Assembly (NCBI GenBank): GCA_011364905.1
Contig: RDNZ01000029.1
Location: forward strand, 1 to 33,017
Direction of reading: 5' to 3'
Length of the DNA: 33,017 nucleotides
From: Candidatus Thorarchaeota archaeon
GTDB lineage: Archaea > Asgardarchaeota > Thorarchaeia > Thorarchaeales > Thorarchaeaceae
Position numbers and translations under genes: made by a program
Notes under the pieces: model-generated
Database searches by the model: none
What the model saw: the letters and a program-made list of their open reading frames with translations, nothing else
Told to the model about the DNA's origin: nothing
Shown: positions 16,078 through 25,362 of the stretch, piece after piece
Layout: each line of letters begins with the position of its first letter
Position numbering within the stretch: position 1 is the first letter of the stretch

Positions 16078-17126
16078 CCTATCTTTTCTGAAAGATAAGT
16101 GTCAACAACATAGTCCATCCCAAACCTACTGAAAGCTTGTTGTTCGGCCTTTATCAGAATCTTCTTGAACTGATTGATGTGGTGCTGCCACTCTGATTCC
16201 ATATATCGTACATCTTGAGCTAGTTCACTAAGTCTTTTGAGGTCAGCATCACTCATCGGCTCTGTGGGCAATGAATAATGAACTATATCATCTGGAGTCA
16301 CTCCAATCCACTTCGCACCCGGGATTGTCAGGTTTTTGATATGCGCTGAATTTGCACTTCCGCTGGTTATGACTTTGGCAATATGCATACCCCACGGATC
16401 ACCATCTGTAAATATGTAGACAGGCAAGCCAAGCGAAACATTCAGGTTCCTCATGAGACGCCTAGTGGATCTGGGCGGTTGACCACCTAACTGTACCAAT
16501 ACAGCATTGAATCGCTTCCATGCTTTCGTTTCAATCAGACGAGAGAACATCCCTCCTGATTCTACAGCTAGGACCAGTTCAGCATCTGACTTAATGGGCT
16601 CTGCAGTCATCAGGGCCGGACCAATTGGCAATCCGTCTGGACTAACCGTTAGGTCAATCTCTTTTCCTTCGTATCCAGAAACAGTATACCGCATTAGCAC
16701 CTCACCATAGATTGAGGAGTGTTCCTCGGGATAGATTCCGAAGCTTTCACGAGGAAGACCTGTGAGGCATTCAAGATCAGTCACAATCCTGTCAGACTCA
16801 GACTGGTCTGAAAAATCAACACCAAAGGCCTCTGATGAGTAGTATAGGTCTCTTAGGGAACTGGTTCTTGATGTGCGAAGTAGTTCTTTGGCAAAAGACG
16901 CAGCCCAGGTCAATTGCGCAAATCGTTTTACGTGTTTTACATTACTTGAGTCCCGCACACTTCTTGATAGTCCGAGAACGTACTGGTTAGAGTTCTCGTC
17001 AAAGACTATATTGCTAGTTCGCCTATCTGGAATCTCAAGGGTAGGACACCTGCTCTCCTGCAAGGCCTCTACTATCGCTTTGCCCAGTGAGGTCAGGCTT
17101 TTGGTCGCGGGATCTGAATCATTCAT
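16074..17126 (-). CDS. top6A: DNA topoisomerase VI subunit A
   Basis: Catalytic LRDLYY, TOPRIM VE..GMF and TDGDPWG, KAEQQA; overlaps the top6B stop. Confidence 0.93.
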   Translation of the reverse strand: MNDSDPATKSLTSLGKAIVEALQESRCPTLEIPDRRTSNIVFDENSNQYVLGLSRSVRDSSNVKHVKRFAQLTWAASFAKELLRTSRTSSLRDLYYSSEAFGVDFSDQSESDRIVTDLECLTGLPRESFGIYPEEHSSIYGEVLMRYTVSGYEGKEIDLTVSPDGLPIGPALMTAEPIKSDAELVLAVESGGMFSRLIETKAWKRFNAVLVQLGGQPPRSTRRLMRNLNVSLGLPVYIFTDGDPWGMHIAKVITSGSANSAHIKNLTIPGAKWIGVTPDDIVHYSLPTEPMSDADLKRLSELAQDVRYMESEWQHHINQFKKILIKAEQQAFSRFGMDYVVDTYLSEKIG

Positions 17127-18645
17127 CAAGCCTCACCTCGAAAAGTTGCTTCACAATTCCATCTGTAGGAGGTACATCATCGCAACCTGCAAGCGCGCTA
17201 CCAAATCGTGCTATTTGTCTAAGTGATTTTGAGAACTCCCGCATCTTCTTCATTTCACGAGCACTCCTCTTCGACTTGCCTTTGATTCGTCCCAGTTTAC
17301 GCCCAAGTTCTCGGAAGAGCTGAAATGAAGAGTGCTCAATCTCCGGAATGGATGCAAGTGATTGTTTTCCTGCCGCTTTAAACGGAATCTTGGTTGAACA
17401 GAGGTGGAGAAAGATCGCAGCTGGTTCGGAGGTCGTACCGTTATACCTAGACCAGTTTACTCGTTTCAGGGCGCGGGTAAGAATCCCATCACTGGCATCA
17501 TATAGAAGAGGGACTCTGTTGACAAATCTGAAAAGCGTGGGAATATCAGATTGAGGAAACTCATCGCCCGTAGCGATCACAGCCTCCATCACGAACGGAT
17601 TTCCTTGCCATTCATTGACACCAAGACTTGCATATTCAGCTAATTCCACATTGAAGACGGAGCGCGTGGCTGTCAGAAACTCATTCTTTCCGATGGGACT
17701 AAGACACCTACTATCAGGCCGTTCGAACCCATCGTATTTCCTTAACGCATGCGCCAGATGGGACAGTTCGTCTCTATTGAGGTCTGAAACGATGCGACTT
17801 GGGCTAAAGTTCATGAAGCGGAGAAATCGGGACGCGGTCCTCTTTCCTATCTTTTGAAATGATTTACAGAGAAAGTCCTCAAGGTTCCTTTCCCCATGCT
17901 TTGAGATGAGCCTACGAAGGACTTCCATGTCAACAGATCGTGGGTGCGGCTTTGCAGGCCTAATCGGTTCAGGGATGGTCTTTGACCATCCGCCTATTTC
18001 CAATTGAGTGTCTTCATCAATCCTAAGGGTGAACTCTGCGTGGGGAGTAGACAAGGTAGACAGTCGCAGGTATTCCACAATGCGTTCTTGAGACCTCTTT
18101 AAGTCGCCTTTCAACTGAACACTCACAGTTGTACCAATATCTGCCCTAGGACTATCCTCTTTCCCCTCTACAAGAGGAAGATTGTTCTCTACATCGACCA
18201 GCAATCGATAGAGATGGCCACCAGATGTTTCTGTCCGAGTATGAATGACTACGGGGGAGTCTGTTGTGATTTGGCCATACAAGATAGCCATTGTCACACC
18301 CAGTCCGAAAGTGCCTCGTTTCTGCTGTTGTGAATACTTGCTACCATAGAGAACTCGACCAAAAGCAAATGGCACCTGCTCTGGGGGTACTCCTGTTCCA
18401 TTGTCCGAAACGGTCACAGTAAGCGTGTCAGCACTTAAGTTTTGAATATCAATATCTATCTTGGGAAAGTTCTGAGCATCGTCACATGAGTCTAGGCTAT
18501 TCTCGACCAATTCTCGTACTGTGGAATAGACAGCCTGGGTGGGATTACCAAAACCGGCCATCTGTCTATTCCTGTAGAAGAACTCTGCTGGTGAGATGCT
18601 TCCGAAGCTTGCTTCTATGGATTTGGGATGACTCATGCTACTCAT
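17119..18645 (-). CDS. top6B: DNA topoisomerase VI subunit B
   Basis: SISPAEFFYRN..AGF, GHKL boxes RELVENSLD and DNGTG, KPHP, H2TH, RFVNRVPLLY, STKIPF...GK. Confidence 0.95.
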   Translation of the reverse strand: MSSMSHPKSIEASFGSISPAEFFYRNRQMAGFGNPTQAVYSTVRELVENSLDSCDDAQNFPKIDIDIQNLSADTLTVTVSDNGTGVPPEQVPFAFGRVLYGSKYSQQQKRGTFGLGVTMAILYGQITTDSPVVIHTRTETSGGHLYRLLVDVENNLPLVEGKEDSPRADIGTTVSVQLKGDLKRSQERIVEYLRLSTLSTPHAEFTLRIDEDTQLEIGGWSKTIPEPIRPAKPHPRSVDMEVLRRLISKHGERNLEDFLCKSFQKIGKRTASRFLRFMNFSPSRIVSDLNRDELSHLAHALRKYDGFERPDSRCLSPIGKNEFLTATRSVFNVELAEYASLGVNEWQGNPFVMEAVIATGDEFPQSDIPTLFRFVNRVPLLYDASDGILTRALKRVNWSRYNGTTSEPAAIFLHLCSTKIPFKAAGKQSLASIPEIEHSSFQLFRELGRKLGRIKGKSKRSAREMKKMREFSKSLRQIARFGSALAGCDDVPPTDGIVKQLFEVRLDE

Positions 18646-18690
18646 GCTGTAAAAAGCGGCCTAGTCATATTAGACGGGGTATTACGTGAA

Positions 18691-19260
18691 TCATAGGTCT
18701 GTATCTTCCCAGAGTTCAGCCTTTTGACGATTCAGTTCTCTTCGCATGCTTTCAAGACGGGAGTAGACAGCACTGTGTGGTGCGCCAGCAATAAGCATGT
18801 CAATAGCTCTTCTTGCATAATCGAGACCTGGACTCATACCGATAATGGAAACCGTCTTCCCATATACTGAAACTTTGGTCTCTGTTGTCTGTTCAATGAC
18901 TCTTCTTGTCCGACCATTTTCCCCGATGATACGTCCAGCAACCCGTTTCATCTGGTTCTGCGAAGATCCCACGACTTCTCGAAGGGAGATCACCAAAAGT
19001 TGCATATCATCATCGATTAGGGAAAACGCATTTTTAGGACTGAATCCTCTGGCCATGGCACGTATGATGTCACGTGCTTTCCAAGCGAGAACCGGATTCT
19101 CAGTATTTTCGGGTGCAGTTATAGTCACAACTCCCTCAGAGTTCACATCAATCTTGGCATTGGTGAGTTCCTCAACACGCTTTCTGACTCTACCATCTCG
19201 TCCTACAATCACGCCTACGCGGTCTCCAGGCACTTTGATAGTTTCATGATAAAGCATCAC
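18691..19260 (-). CDS. dim2: KH-domain ribosome biogenesis protein Dim2/Pno1
   Basis: Two KH GxxG loops (VIVGRDG; GRIIGENGRTR), ARGFSP and GAPHSAVY. Confidence 0.92.
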   Translation of the reverse strand: MMLYHETIKVPGDRVGVIVGRDGRVRKRVEELTNAKIDVNSEGVVTITAPENTENPVLAWKARDIIRAMARGFSPKNAFSLIDDDMQLLVISLREVVGSSQNQMKRVAGRIIGENGRTRRVIEQTTETKVSVYGKTVSIIGMSPGLDYARRAIDMLIAGAPHSAVYSRLESMRRELNRQKAELWEDTDL

Positions 19261-20045
19261 TCTTCACCAGCTTTGACTATATGTTCAACAATGACTACAG
19301 GATCTTCTGTGTCAACACCAAGTTTCGTGAAGTAATTAGTTATGTTTTGAATGTCACGGAAGAGATACTTTAGTGCATAGTTGTGACCTGTCAAAACAGA
19401 TTGAGATACATCAATGAACACAGGCTTTCCAAGCCACAGAATATTGTACTCGGAGAGGTCTGCATGAACCAAACCAGCTTTGACATAGCCGGTTTCTACC
19501 ATTCGAATGATTTCATTGAAAGTCTTAACTGGCGCGGGTATCTCTATATTCCTGAGAAGGGGAGCTGGAAGCCCGCTCTTTTTGTCGCCTATGAACTCCA
19601 TGACTAGCACATTGCGTTCTATATCTAAAGGCTGAGGAACTCGGACTCCTGCATCACTGTATCTCAAGAGGTTCTTATATTCCTTCATGGCCCATTGCGG
19701 GACCAATGATCGACTACGGCGTTTCACCTTCTTGAAACGAGGATCGCCAACAATGTACTCAAGCATAAAGTCGGTTTCTGCAGTGGAAACACGGTAGATC
19801 TTGACAGCGACAGGTTTGCCATCAGCATCTTCACCACGATAGACATTAGCTTCTTTTCCAGTACTTATGGCTCCATGGAGTGCGCTGATTGTGCCCCGAT
19901 TCAAGAGCCTATAGAGAGTCTTGAGTGTGGGAGGGTCTATTACACCTTCAACTACCTTGAACTCATCATCGTCTTTACGTCGTTTCTGCCGACGCCGTTC
20001 AAGGTCTGAGAGTATTCTCTCATGTTGGTCATCAGCTCGTTTCAA
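19257..20045 (-). CDS. rio1: RIO1 family serine kinase/ATPase
   Basis: ISTGKEANVY, AVKIY, LVHADLSEYNIL and IDVSQSV. Confidence 0.95.
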   Translation of the reverse strand: MKRADDQHERILSDLERRRQKRRKDDDEFKVVEGVIDPPTLKTLYRLLNRGTISALHGAISTGKEANVYRGEDADGKPVAVKIYRVSTAETDFMLEYIVGDPRFKKVKRRSRSLVPQWAMKEYKNLLRYSDAGVRVPQPLDIERNVLVMEFIGDKKSGLPAPLLRNIEIPAPVKTFNEIIRMVETGYVKAGLVHADLSEYNILWLGKPVFIDVSQSVLTGHNYALKYLFRDIQNITNYFTKLGVDTEDPVVIVEHIVKAGEE

Positions 20046-20124
20046 TAGTGATTGCCTTCCTAGATGCTGCTACGCCAAAATCATGTGAATAATACATTGA
20101 ATTCAAAAAAAGATTGACTTCACT

Positions 20125-20463
20125 TCAAAACATTTTCAAAATACCTTTCTTCTGCAGCCAGTCTATCTCGTTGCCCCGATATCGATAAACAACATCACAT
20201 TTCTCATCGCTTTGAAAATCCCACGGTGTGATGAGGACTGTATCACCGATTCGCATCCAGACTCTCTTTTTCATTCTTCCAGGAATTCGACCAATACGAA
20301 TGTTCTGGTCCTCACATCTAACACGAACTCGATCAAAACCGAGCATCTGGATGATGATGCCAAACATCTCTCCATTATCACGTCTAGGCGTCCTTACTCT
20401 AAATGGTTCGTCTGACTCGCTGCCTTGACGCGGTTTTCTACCGCCTCCTTTTCTTCGGGACAA
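20125..20463 (-). CDS. eif1a: Translation initiation factor aIF-1A
   Basis: MLGFDRVRVRC.D...R.GRIPGRMKKRVWMRIGD.V...PWDFQ; TTG start with GGAGG SD. Confidence 0.95.
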   Translation of the reverse strand: MSRRKGGGRKPRQGSESDEPFRVRTPRRDNGEMFGIIIQMLGFDRVRVRCEDQNIRIGRIPGRMKKRVWMRIGDTVLITPWDFQSDEKCDVVYRYRGNEIDWLQKKGILKMF

Positions 20464-20556
20464 AGTATTCCTCCAGTTAATCGCTGGACTATGGCGTCCT
20501 GTAGCGACTATTGCATGAGTTTGGTAGAGGCCATTTAAGAGTACCGAAATCTCAGC

Positions 20557-21642
20557 CTATTCCGAGGGCAGAAGAAAAAAGTCATCATCAAGGATTAGAC
20601 CGTACACAGTGGCTCCGGTTTCTATATCCTTACTAAGAAGGGTTTCCTGTATTTCACGTATCTCGAATGTTTTTGAGTCCATTATCTGAGTTGGTTGACC
20701 GTACACTCTTGTCGTGACCATAAACTCCCGTCTTTCATCCTTTGATGCCATGTATTCAAGAGTACGCCACTTTGAGCTCTTAGAATTCATGGTGAATTGT
20801 TGCCTTTGTACCAGGTCAAAACACGTAAGCCCGCTCTTGTTCATTGCCACGACCTGGCATGGATTGCCAAGGACTCGGACAAAATCACCCACTCCAAACC
20901 TAGGAAGTCGAATGAGGATAGTTGTTCGAAACTTGTCCTTACCTCCTTTCTCTTGGCCAACTAGCTTGTAATTCTGTTTCCGTTGCGCCAGATACTGCGC
21001 TTCAAGAACATCAGCGATGGAACGACAGAGCTGTTCCGACCCAATTTGAAAGTCCATGCCATATTTGTCGCTGCTGATTTTCGTGACAAACGCCTTGTCA
21101 TCGCTCCCATACTGAGCAACAGTCATTTCAGTCACGATACGAACAATGTCATCTTCCTCTTCATCAGTTAGCGATCTTCCGTCGGCACGGATCTGAAGGG
21201 TAGATTCGTAGTAACCACCACTCATCATGCCACAGGTATCACACGTGCCGTATGAGAATCTAATTTCAACAGGGTAGTGCTCAATGTGCGGAGGAAGATC
21301 CTCATGGGACTTTCCTAGAGCGCTCAATGTGATGTGAAGAACCCTATCTAACCGTTTTTCTTCCTCGACCGTGAGTTCGACGTTTCGAACAAGGGGCTTT
21401 ACTTCACTATCCAGTAGAATGTCCACCTGGTGGAGCCAGAGGTCTCCCGTGTCTGTGGACATGTCGGAGAGTTTCTTCCAGCCTCCTGGTATCTTCACTG
21501 ACCCGCATCGCTTACAGCTGAGGAGGGTAAGTGGTGTTTTGACCTCAATCAACGGATGTGTTTCGTCATAGCATTTGGCACATAGACCATCCAAGACTGC
21601 AGGTTTGCCACATTGATAACAGGGGACTTTCAATTGAATCAA
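20557..21642 (-). CDS. nmd3: NMD3 family 60S/50S subunit biogenesis protein
   Basis: Four CxxC pairs (CYQCG, CAKC, CKRCG, CDTC), GYYESTLQIR and TILIRLP.F..GD. Confidence 0.9.
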   Translation of the reverse strand: MIQLKVPCYQCGKPAVLDGLCAKCYDETHPLIEVKTPLTLLSCKRCGSVKIPGGWKKLSDMSTDTGDLWLHQVDILLDSEVKPLVRNVELTVEEEKRLDRVLHITLSALGKSHEDLPPHIEHYPVEIRFSYGTCDTCGMMSGGYYESTLQIRADGRSLTDEEEDDIVRIVTEMTVAQYGSDDKAFVTKISSDKYGMDFQIGSEQLCRSIADVLEAQYLAQRKQNYKLVGQEKGGKDKFRTTILIRLPRFGVGDFVRVLGNPCQVVAMNKSGLTCFDLVQRQQFTMNSKSSKWRTLEYMASKDERREFMVTTRVYGQPTQIMDSKTFEIREIQETLLSKDIETGATVYGLILDDDFFLLPSE

Positions 21643-21794
21643 CCTGACTCTTACAAGTTTACTTAAAACGTGGACTATTATGCCAAGAAAAGGTCATGCT
21701 TTCCGGCCCATATCGATTTAGGCGAGATAATGGGAAAGAGCAGAAAAAACTGATTGTAATGGTCTTTGTGAGTGCAGCAGCGAAATTTATCACA

Positions 21795-22094
21795 TTAGAG
21801 TTTGACCCACTGCGCATGTGGATGGCCCTCAATGTACAAGATGGCTTGCTCGTGGACAAACCCAGCATTCATCGCCGCTTCTACAGTTCTCTTTCCAATC
21901 ATGTTGGCAATTGTGGCCCTCTTTAGGTGTTGTATGCAGTCTTTTATGTCGACTAACTCTCCACCATAGAACTCCTCACTGACCTTGAACCTCAGGTCTC
22001 CATGCTTCAAAGTTTTGCCGAGAAGGCCCTTGTCGCACATTGCGACGACATAGTGCTCATGTGTTTCACTGACACGCATGTAGACTTGCACCAT
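21795..22094 (-). CDS. DUF424 family protein
   Basis: VAMCD..LLGK, VSEEFYGG and ATIANMIG...V..A...G motifs; usual neighbour of nmd3/aIF2b. Confidence 0.85.
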   Translation of the reverse strand: MVQVYMRVSETHEHYVVAMCDKGLLGKTLKHGDLRFKVSEEFYGGELVDIKDCIQHLKRATIANMIGKRTVEAAMNAGFVHEQAILYIEGHPHAQWVKL

Positions 22095-22437
22095 TCTCAA
22101 TGGTCCTCCAAGACCAGACTGGATGAATCTATGTTCGAGGTATTTGAGTCGATTTCGAGCTGTTCGTTGATTTCATTGGACATGACGCATCCTCTGTTAT
22201 TGTTTGATTTTTAGTCCATATGAAGTTCTCTGTTAGAGAGTGTATTAAAGAAATAGTTGATGTAGAAGTTTGCATGGTGACGTATTTCAGAAGAATCCTC
22301 GGAGTCCTGAGTCCCCTTGGTTTACCGGTTGAGTAATGTCCAACCTTGTACAGTATCGATCTCATTAATGTAGAGTTAAGCTCAATGCTTCAAGGAGAGA
22401 AAAGACATTTCAATCAGGAGTTACTGTTGACTTCATC

Positions 22438-23169
22438 ATGACCGCAACTAGTTTCAAACAGTATGCCTGGGTTTTGTATGGCATTGTAAGTATTATCATC
22501 ATTTTCGGGGTTTCGATGATCTATGATGTTGTTGCAACCATATCCGTTTCACTACACACACCGGTCACACTCGCAACGCCAGTTGATCTAGCCATTCCTT
22601 TGGTCCCCCCAGTCATCATCATATATTGGTACGTCTTTTACTCGTTTATCTTCTTCAGCTACTTCTATTTCGCATTCGTACACCGAGAGTATCGTAATGC
22701 CATGGTACTAGCCTATGTGCTTGTCAATCTAGTTGCATATCTCATCTACTTGGTCTTCCCTGTGATAGGTCCGGACCGACTAGTGACAGGTACCGATTTC
22801 TTCTCAATCCAGATACAGTCCCTCTATACGCATGATGTGCAAGTAAACTGCTTCCCAAGTCTTCATGGATCAACATCACTGCTCACTGCTTTTGCATTAT
22901 GGAGAGCAAAGAAGGAGTATGGCTACATCTCTTGGCCAATCGCCATAGCTGTGATGGTCTCAACCCTCTTTGTCAGGCAGCATTGGATCGCGGACCAGAT
23001 TGCAGCAACCATCATCACTCTCCCAATTGCATATCTTGTCTTCAACCGGTTCAAGTACACGCGCGTACTGGAGTCTACAACCAAGGTCCGTCGGTGGCAG
23101 TTGGTCGTTTCAATTGTGGCTGCTGTACTCTTCATGATTTTCTATCTGTGGGTGTTCTATATCCTGTAG
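22438..23169 (+). CDS. PAP2-superfamily membrane phosphatase/phosphotransferase (Aur1/IPC-synthase-like)
   Basis: ~7 TM; FPVIGP, NCFPSLHG (C2) and RQHWIAD (C3) motifs. Confidence 0.8.
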   Translation: MTATSFKQYAWVLYGIVSIIIIFGVSMIYDVVATISVSLHTPVTLATPVDLAIPLVPPVIIIYWYVFYSFIFFSYFYFAFVHREYRNAMVLAYVLVNLVAYLIYLVFPVIGPDRLVTGTDFFSIQIQSLYTHDVQVNCFPSLHGSTSLLTAFALWRAKKEYGYISWPIAIAVMVSTLFVRQHWIADQIAATIITLPIAYLVFNRFKYTRVLESTTKVRRWQLVVSIVAAVLFMIFYLWVFYIL

Positions 23170-23187
23170 GACGCTTCTTGATCATGG

Positions 23188-23712
23188 TTACGGTACTTTG
23201 AACTTCACCCCTTTGCGAACTCCACCTACAAGAATTCCAATCGCAGTGATGGCGACCGCCACAATGGCAATCCCTAACGAAGTCACATCTCCCATCATCG
23301 AAACGACTATGTAGTCCACAGTCTGTAAGGCTGCCTCTGGATAAGTGAATGCTACGACAACACCAAACGCATGGACCAGTATAGCGGCAATTCCAATAAC
23401 AAAGCCCACTAAAATGATTAGTTTCCCTCTCGCTACGACAACTGGTTCATTAGTTGGTTTGTATGTTCTGAAGTATACAACAGCACCAAGAATTACTAGC
23501 AATCCTGCCACATCGACAATAGGTACCAAGATTGAAGTCCTATGGATGTATATCTGTAGATGGGGCCCACTGTTCCAAATCTCACCAGAATAGAGGTAAT
23601 AGAGGTGATCCAGCCCCATTATCCATCCACTGAGAAATATGTAGCATGTGTATAGAAACCCGCCAATCATGAGCGCGGCTACGGTCTTGGTTCTTCTCTC
23701 CATCCTTTCCAC
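23188..23712 (-). CDS. Hypothetical membrane protein (~4 TM)
   Basis: 174-aa ORF with four hydrophobic segments. Confidence 0.65.
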   Translation of the reverse strand: MERMERRTKTVAALMIGGFLYTCYIFLSGWIMGLDHLYYLYSGEIWNSGPHLQIYIHRTSILVPIVDVAGLLVILGAVVYFRTYKPTNEPVVVARGKLIILVGFVIGIAAILVHAFGVVVAFTYPEAALQTVDYIVVSMMGDVTSLGIAIVAVAITAIGILVGGVRKGVKFKVP

Positions 23713-23847
23713 GTCTTCCAGTTAGTTCTAAACCACCGCGGACCTTTCTTAAAAAACCTCTTTCCTCTAGGTGTTTTTTCTGTCACCATCCAGACCTAGT
23801 CTTGTAAGACGATGACATATTTTGAAAACATCGAACTGGTTAATAGA

Positions 23848-24051
23848 TCAGCCGCCTTCCATGTTCTTTGCGTTGAATATAAGAAATAAACCGTAAATAA
23901 GGATGATACTACCAACCACTGCCACAAGCGGAAAGAAGAGCAGCTCTAGTGGAGAAAGGCTGGGTAAATAGAAGGTCATTCCACAGAATATTAGAATCGC
24001 CCCAATCACCACAAAATTCCGACCTTTCCTTCTCTCTCGATTTGAATTCAA
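23848..24051 (-). CDS. Small hypothetical membrane protein (2 TM)
   Basis: Basic N-terminus plus two hydrophobic helices; TTG start with a GGAGGG SD 7 nt upstream. Confidence 0.6.
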   Translation of the reverse strand: MNSNRERRKGRNFVVIGAILIFCGMTFYLPSLSPLELLFFPLVAVVGSIILIYGLFLIFNAKNMEGG

Positions 24052-24145
24052 AGCTCAACCCTCCTACTGCAATAATAATGACACCAAGATAAATGATGTT
24101 TTCAAATATCCCCCAAGAAATGGGTGAAATGCATGTGTGTACCAC

Positions 24146-24559
24146 TTATACTGGCCTTATCGATGTTCGGGCACCGCAGGCTGAGCAGGTCAAATAATAT
24201 GCTCCAGACTCCTTAACAATCTCAGTGTCCGGACGAGTGCAGACTGGACATATGACATAAGAATCCACGTAGCGGTTGAGAACCTCGTCTACAAGTTCAG
24301 AGGTGAACTTGCCATTGAACAGAGCGTTGCTCCCTTCGACGTTACCAGCTGTCCCGAGTTGCCCTGAAACAAACTTCAGAACCTCTTTTCCTGGTCGATT
24401 AAGGATGTTGATGATCTCTTGGAAGTTTTGCCAGATACTCCTATTCCCTTGAACTATGAGTTGAACTTCAGGAACCTGAAATCGTTCGCCAGTTCTCTTG
24501 AAGGCATCTTCTGGCACTTGGGACCGCGCTCTATCTAAAAGCTTGTCATAGTCGTCCAT
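24146..24559 (-). CDS. eif2b: Translation initiation factor aIF-2 beta
   Basis: YDKLLDRA, ERFQVP, NF.EI...LNR and the Zn ribbon YVICPVCTRPDT...CSACGA. Confidence 0.95.
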   Translation of the reverse strand: MDDYDKLLDRARSQVPEDAFKRTGERFQVPEVQLIVQGNRSIWQNFQEIINILNRPGKEVLKFVSGQLGTAGNVEGSNALFNGKFTSELVDEVLNRYVDSYVICPVCTRPDTEIVKESGAYYLTCSACGARTSIRPV

Positions 24560-24613
24560 AGTTGCCCTCTCTCCTAATCACTATTGAAGGTATTGCTCTG
24601 TCAATCGTAGTAA

Positions 24614-25309
24614 TCACATATCGGACGTACAGAAATGACCTATGCTAACCTCATTGAGTATCCCTTCAGCAACTAGGTTGAACAATTTCGTCTGGACCTT
24701 TTCAGAGTCTTGGCCTTTCTTCTCGAAGTAAGCAACGATCTCTTTCAAGGGAAGTCCCTCAGGAGGTGCTTCCAATCGTACATAGGCAATGATGTCATTG
24801 GCCAACTTGCCCGAAACATCTTTACTGGGAATCGAAGCCATCAATTCCTGTTGTTGCTCCATCGAGTCTTGCAACGAAACACCGCTACGGTCTAAGATTG
24901 CCCTGTAACGTTCCATAAGATGAAGACTCATAAAATTCGGATCTGTTAACTCGCGAACCACCTCAGGCGTGACATAGACTTCATCACTGTACTTTCGCAC
25001 CTTACCAACTACCAATGCTAGAATGTGTTCTTTGACTCCTTCAAGGATTGCTGCATCTTCCTCGCCCCAGACCTTCACACCAATCGTTTCAGTCCCATCA
25101 TCAATAGTTATGCTCTCAAAGCGCTTCTTACCTGAATCATCACCCTCCCTTTGAACCTTGTTGACAACAAAACCCACAAGAACAACCCGTCTTAGTTCAA
25201 CTCCAAAGGGAGAGACTACATGTGGTCCATTGTCATCCGAAAAGGTCCCATTGGTGATATCAGAGATTGATGCTCTGACCGCTGTCATCCGCTCTCTCAT
25301 TGAAGCCAT
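24614..25309 (-). CDS. RPA32/RPA2-like ssDNA-binding protein (OB fold + C-terminal winged helix)
   Basis: RV.LVG.VV, ITIDDGTETI.V..W, VVGKVR.Y and H..E pattern; C-terminal LV.EG...E wH-like tail. Confidence 0.75.
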   Translation of the reverse strand: MASMRERMTAVRASISDITNGTFSDDNGPHVVSPFGVELRRVVLVGFVVNKVQREGDDSGKKRFESITIDDGTETIGVKVWGEEDAAILEGVKEHILALVVGKVRKYSDEVYVTPEVVRELTDPNFMSLHLMERYRAILDRSGVSLQDSMEQQQELMASIPSKDVSGKLANDIIAYVRLEAPPEGLPLKEIVAYFEKKGQDSEKVQTKLFNLVAEGILNEVSIGHFCTSDM

Positions 25310-25362
25310 TAACCTTTAACCTACAAATCCCTCGTTGTGTCACTATATATCCGTCACGGAAG

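Noticed and set aside
16074-18645. TopoVI as a meiotic Spo11-like or degenerate pair
   Set aside because: Catalytic Tyr, TOPRIM and GHKL motifs are intact and the context is the canonical top6-dim2-rio1-aIF1A cluster.
23909-24145. 78-aa minus-strand ORF
   Set aside because: Overlaps the better-supported 67-aa ORF, which has a strong SD and clean 2-TM pattern.
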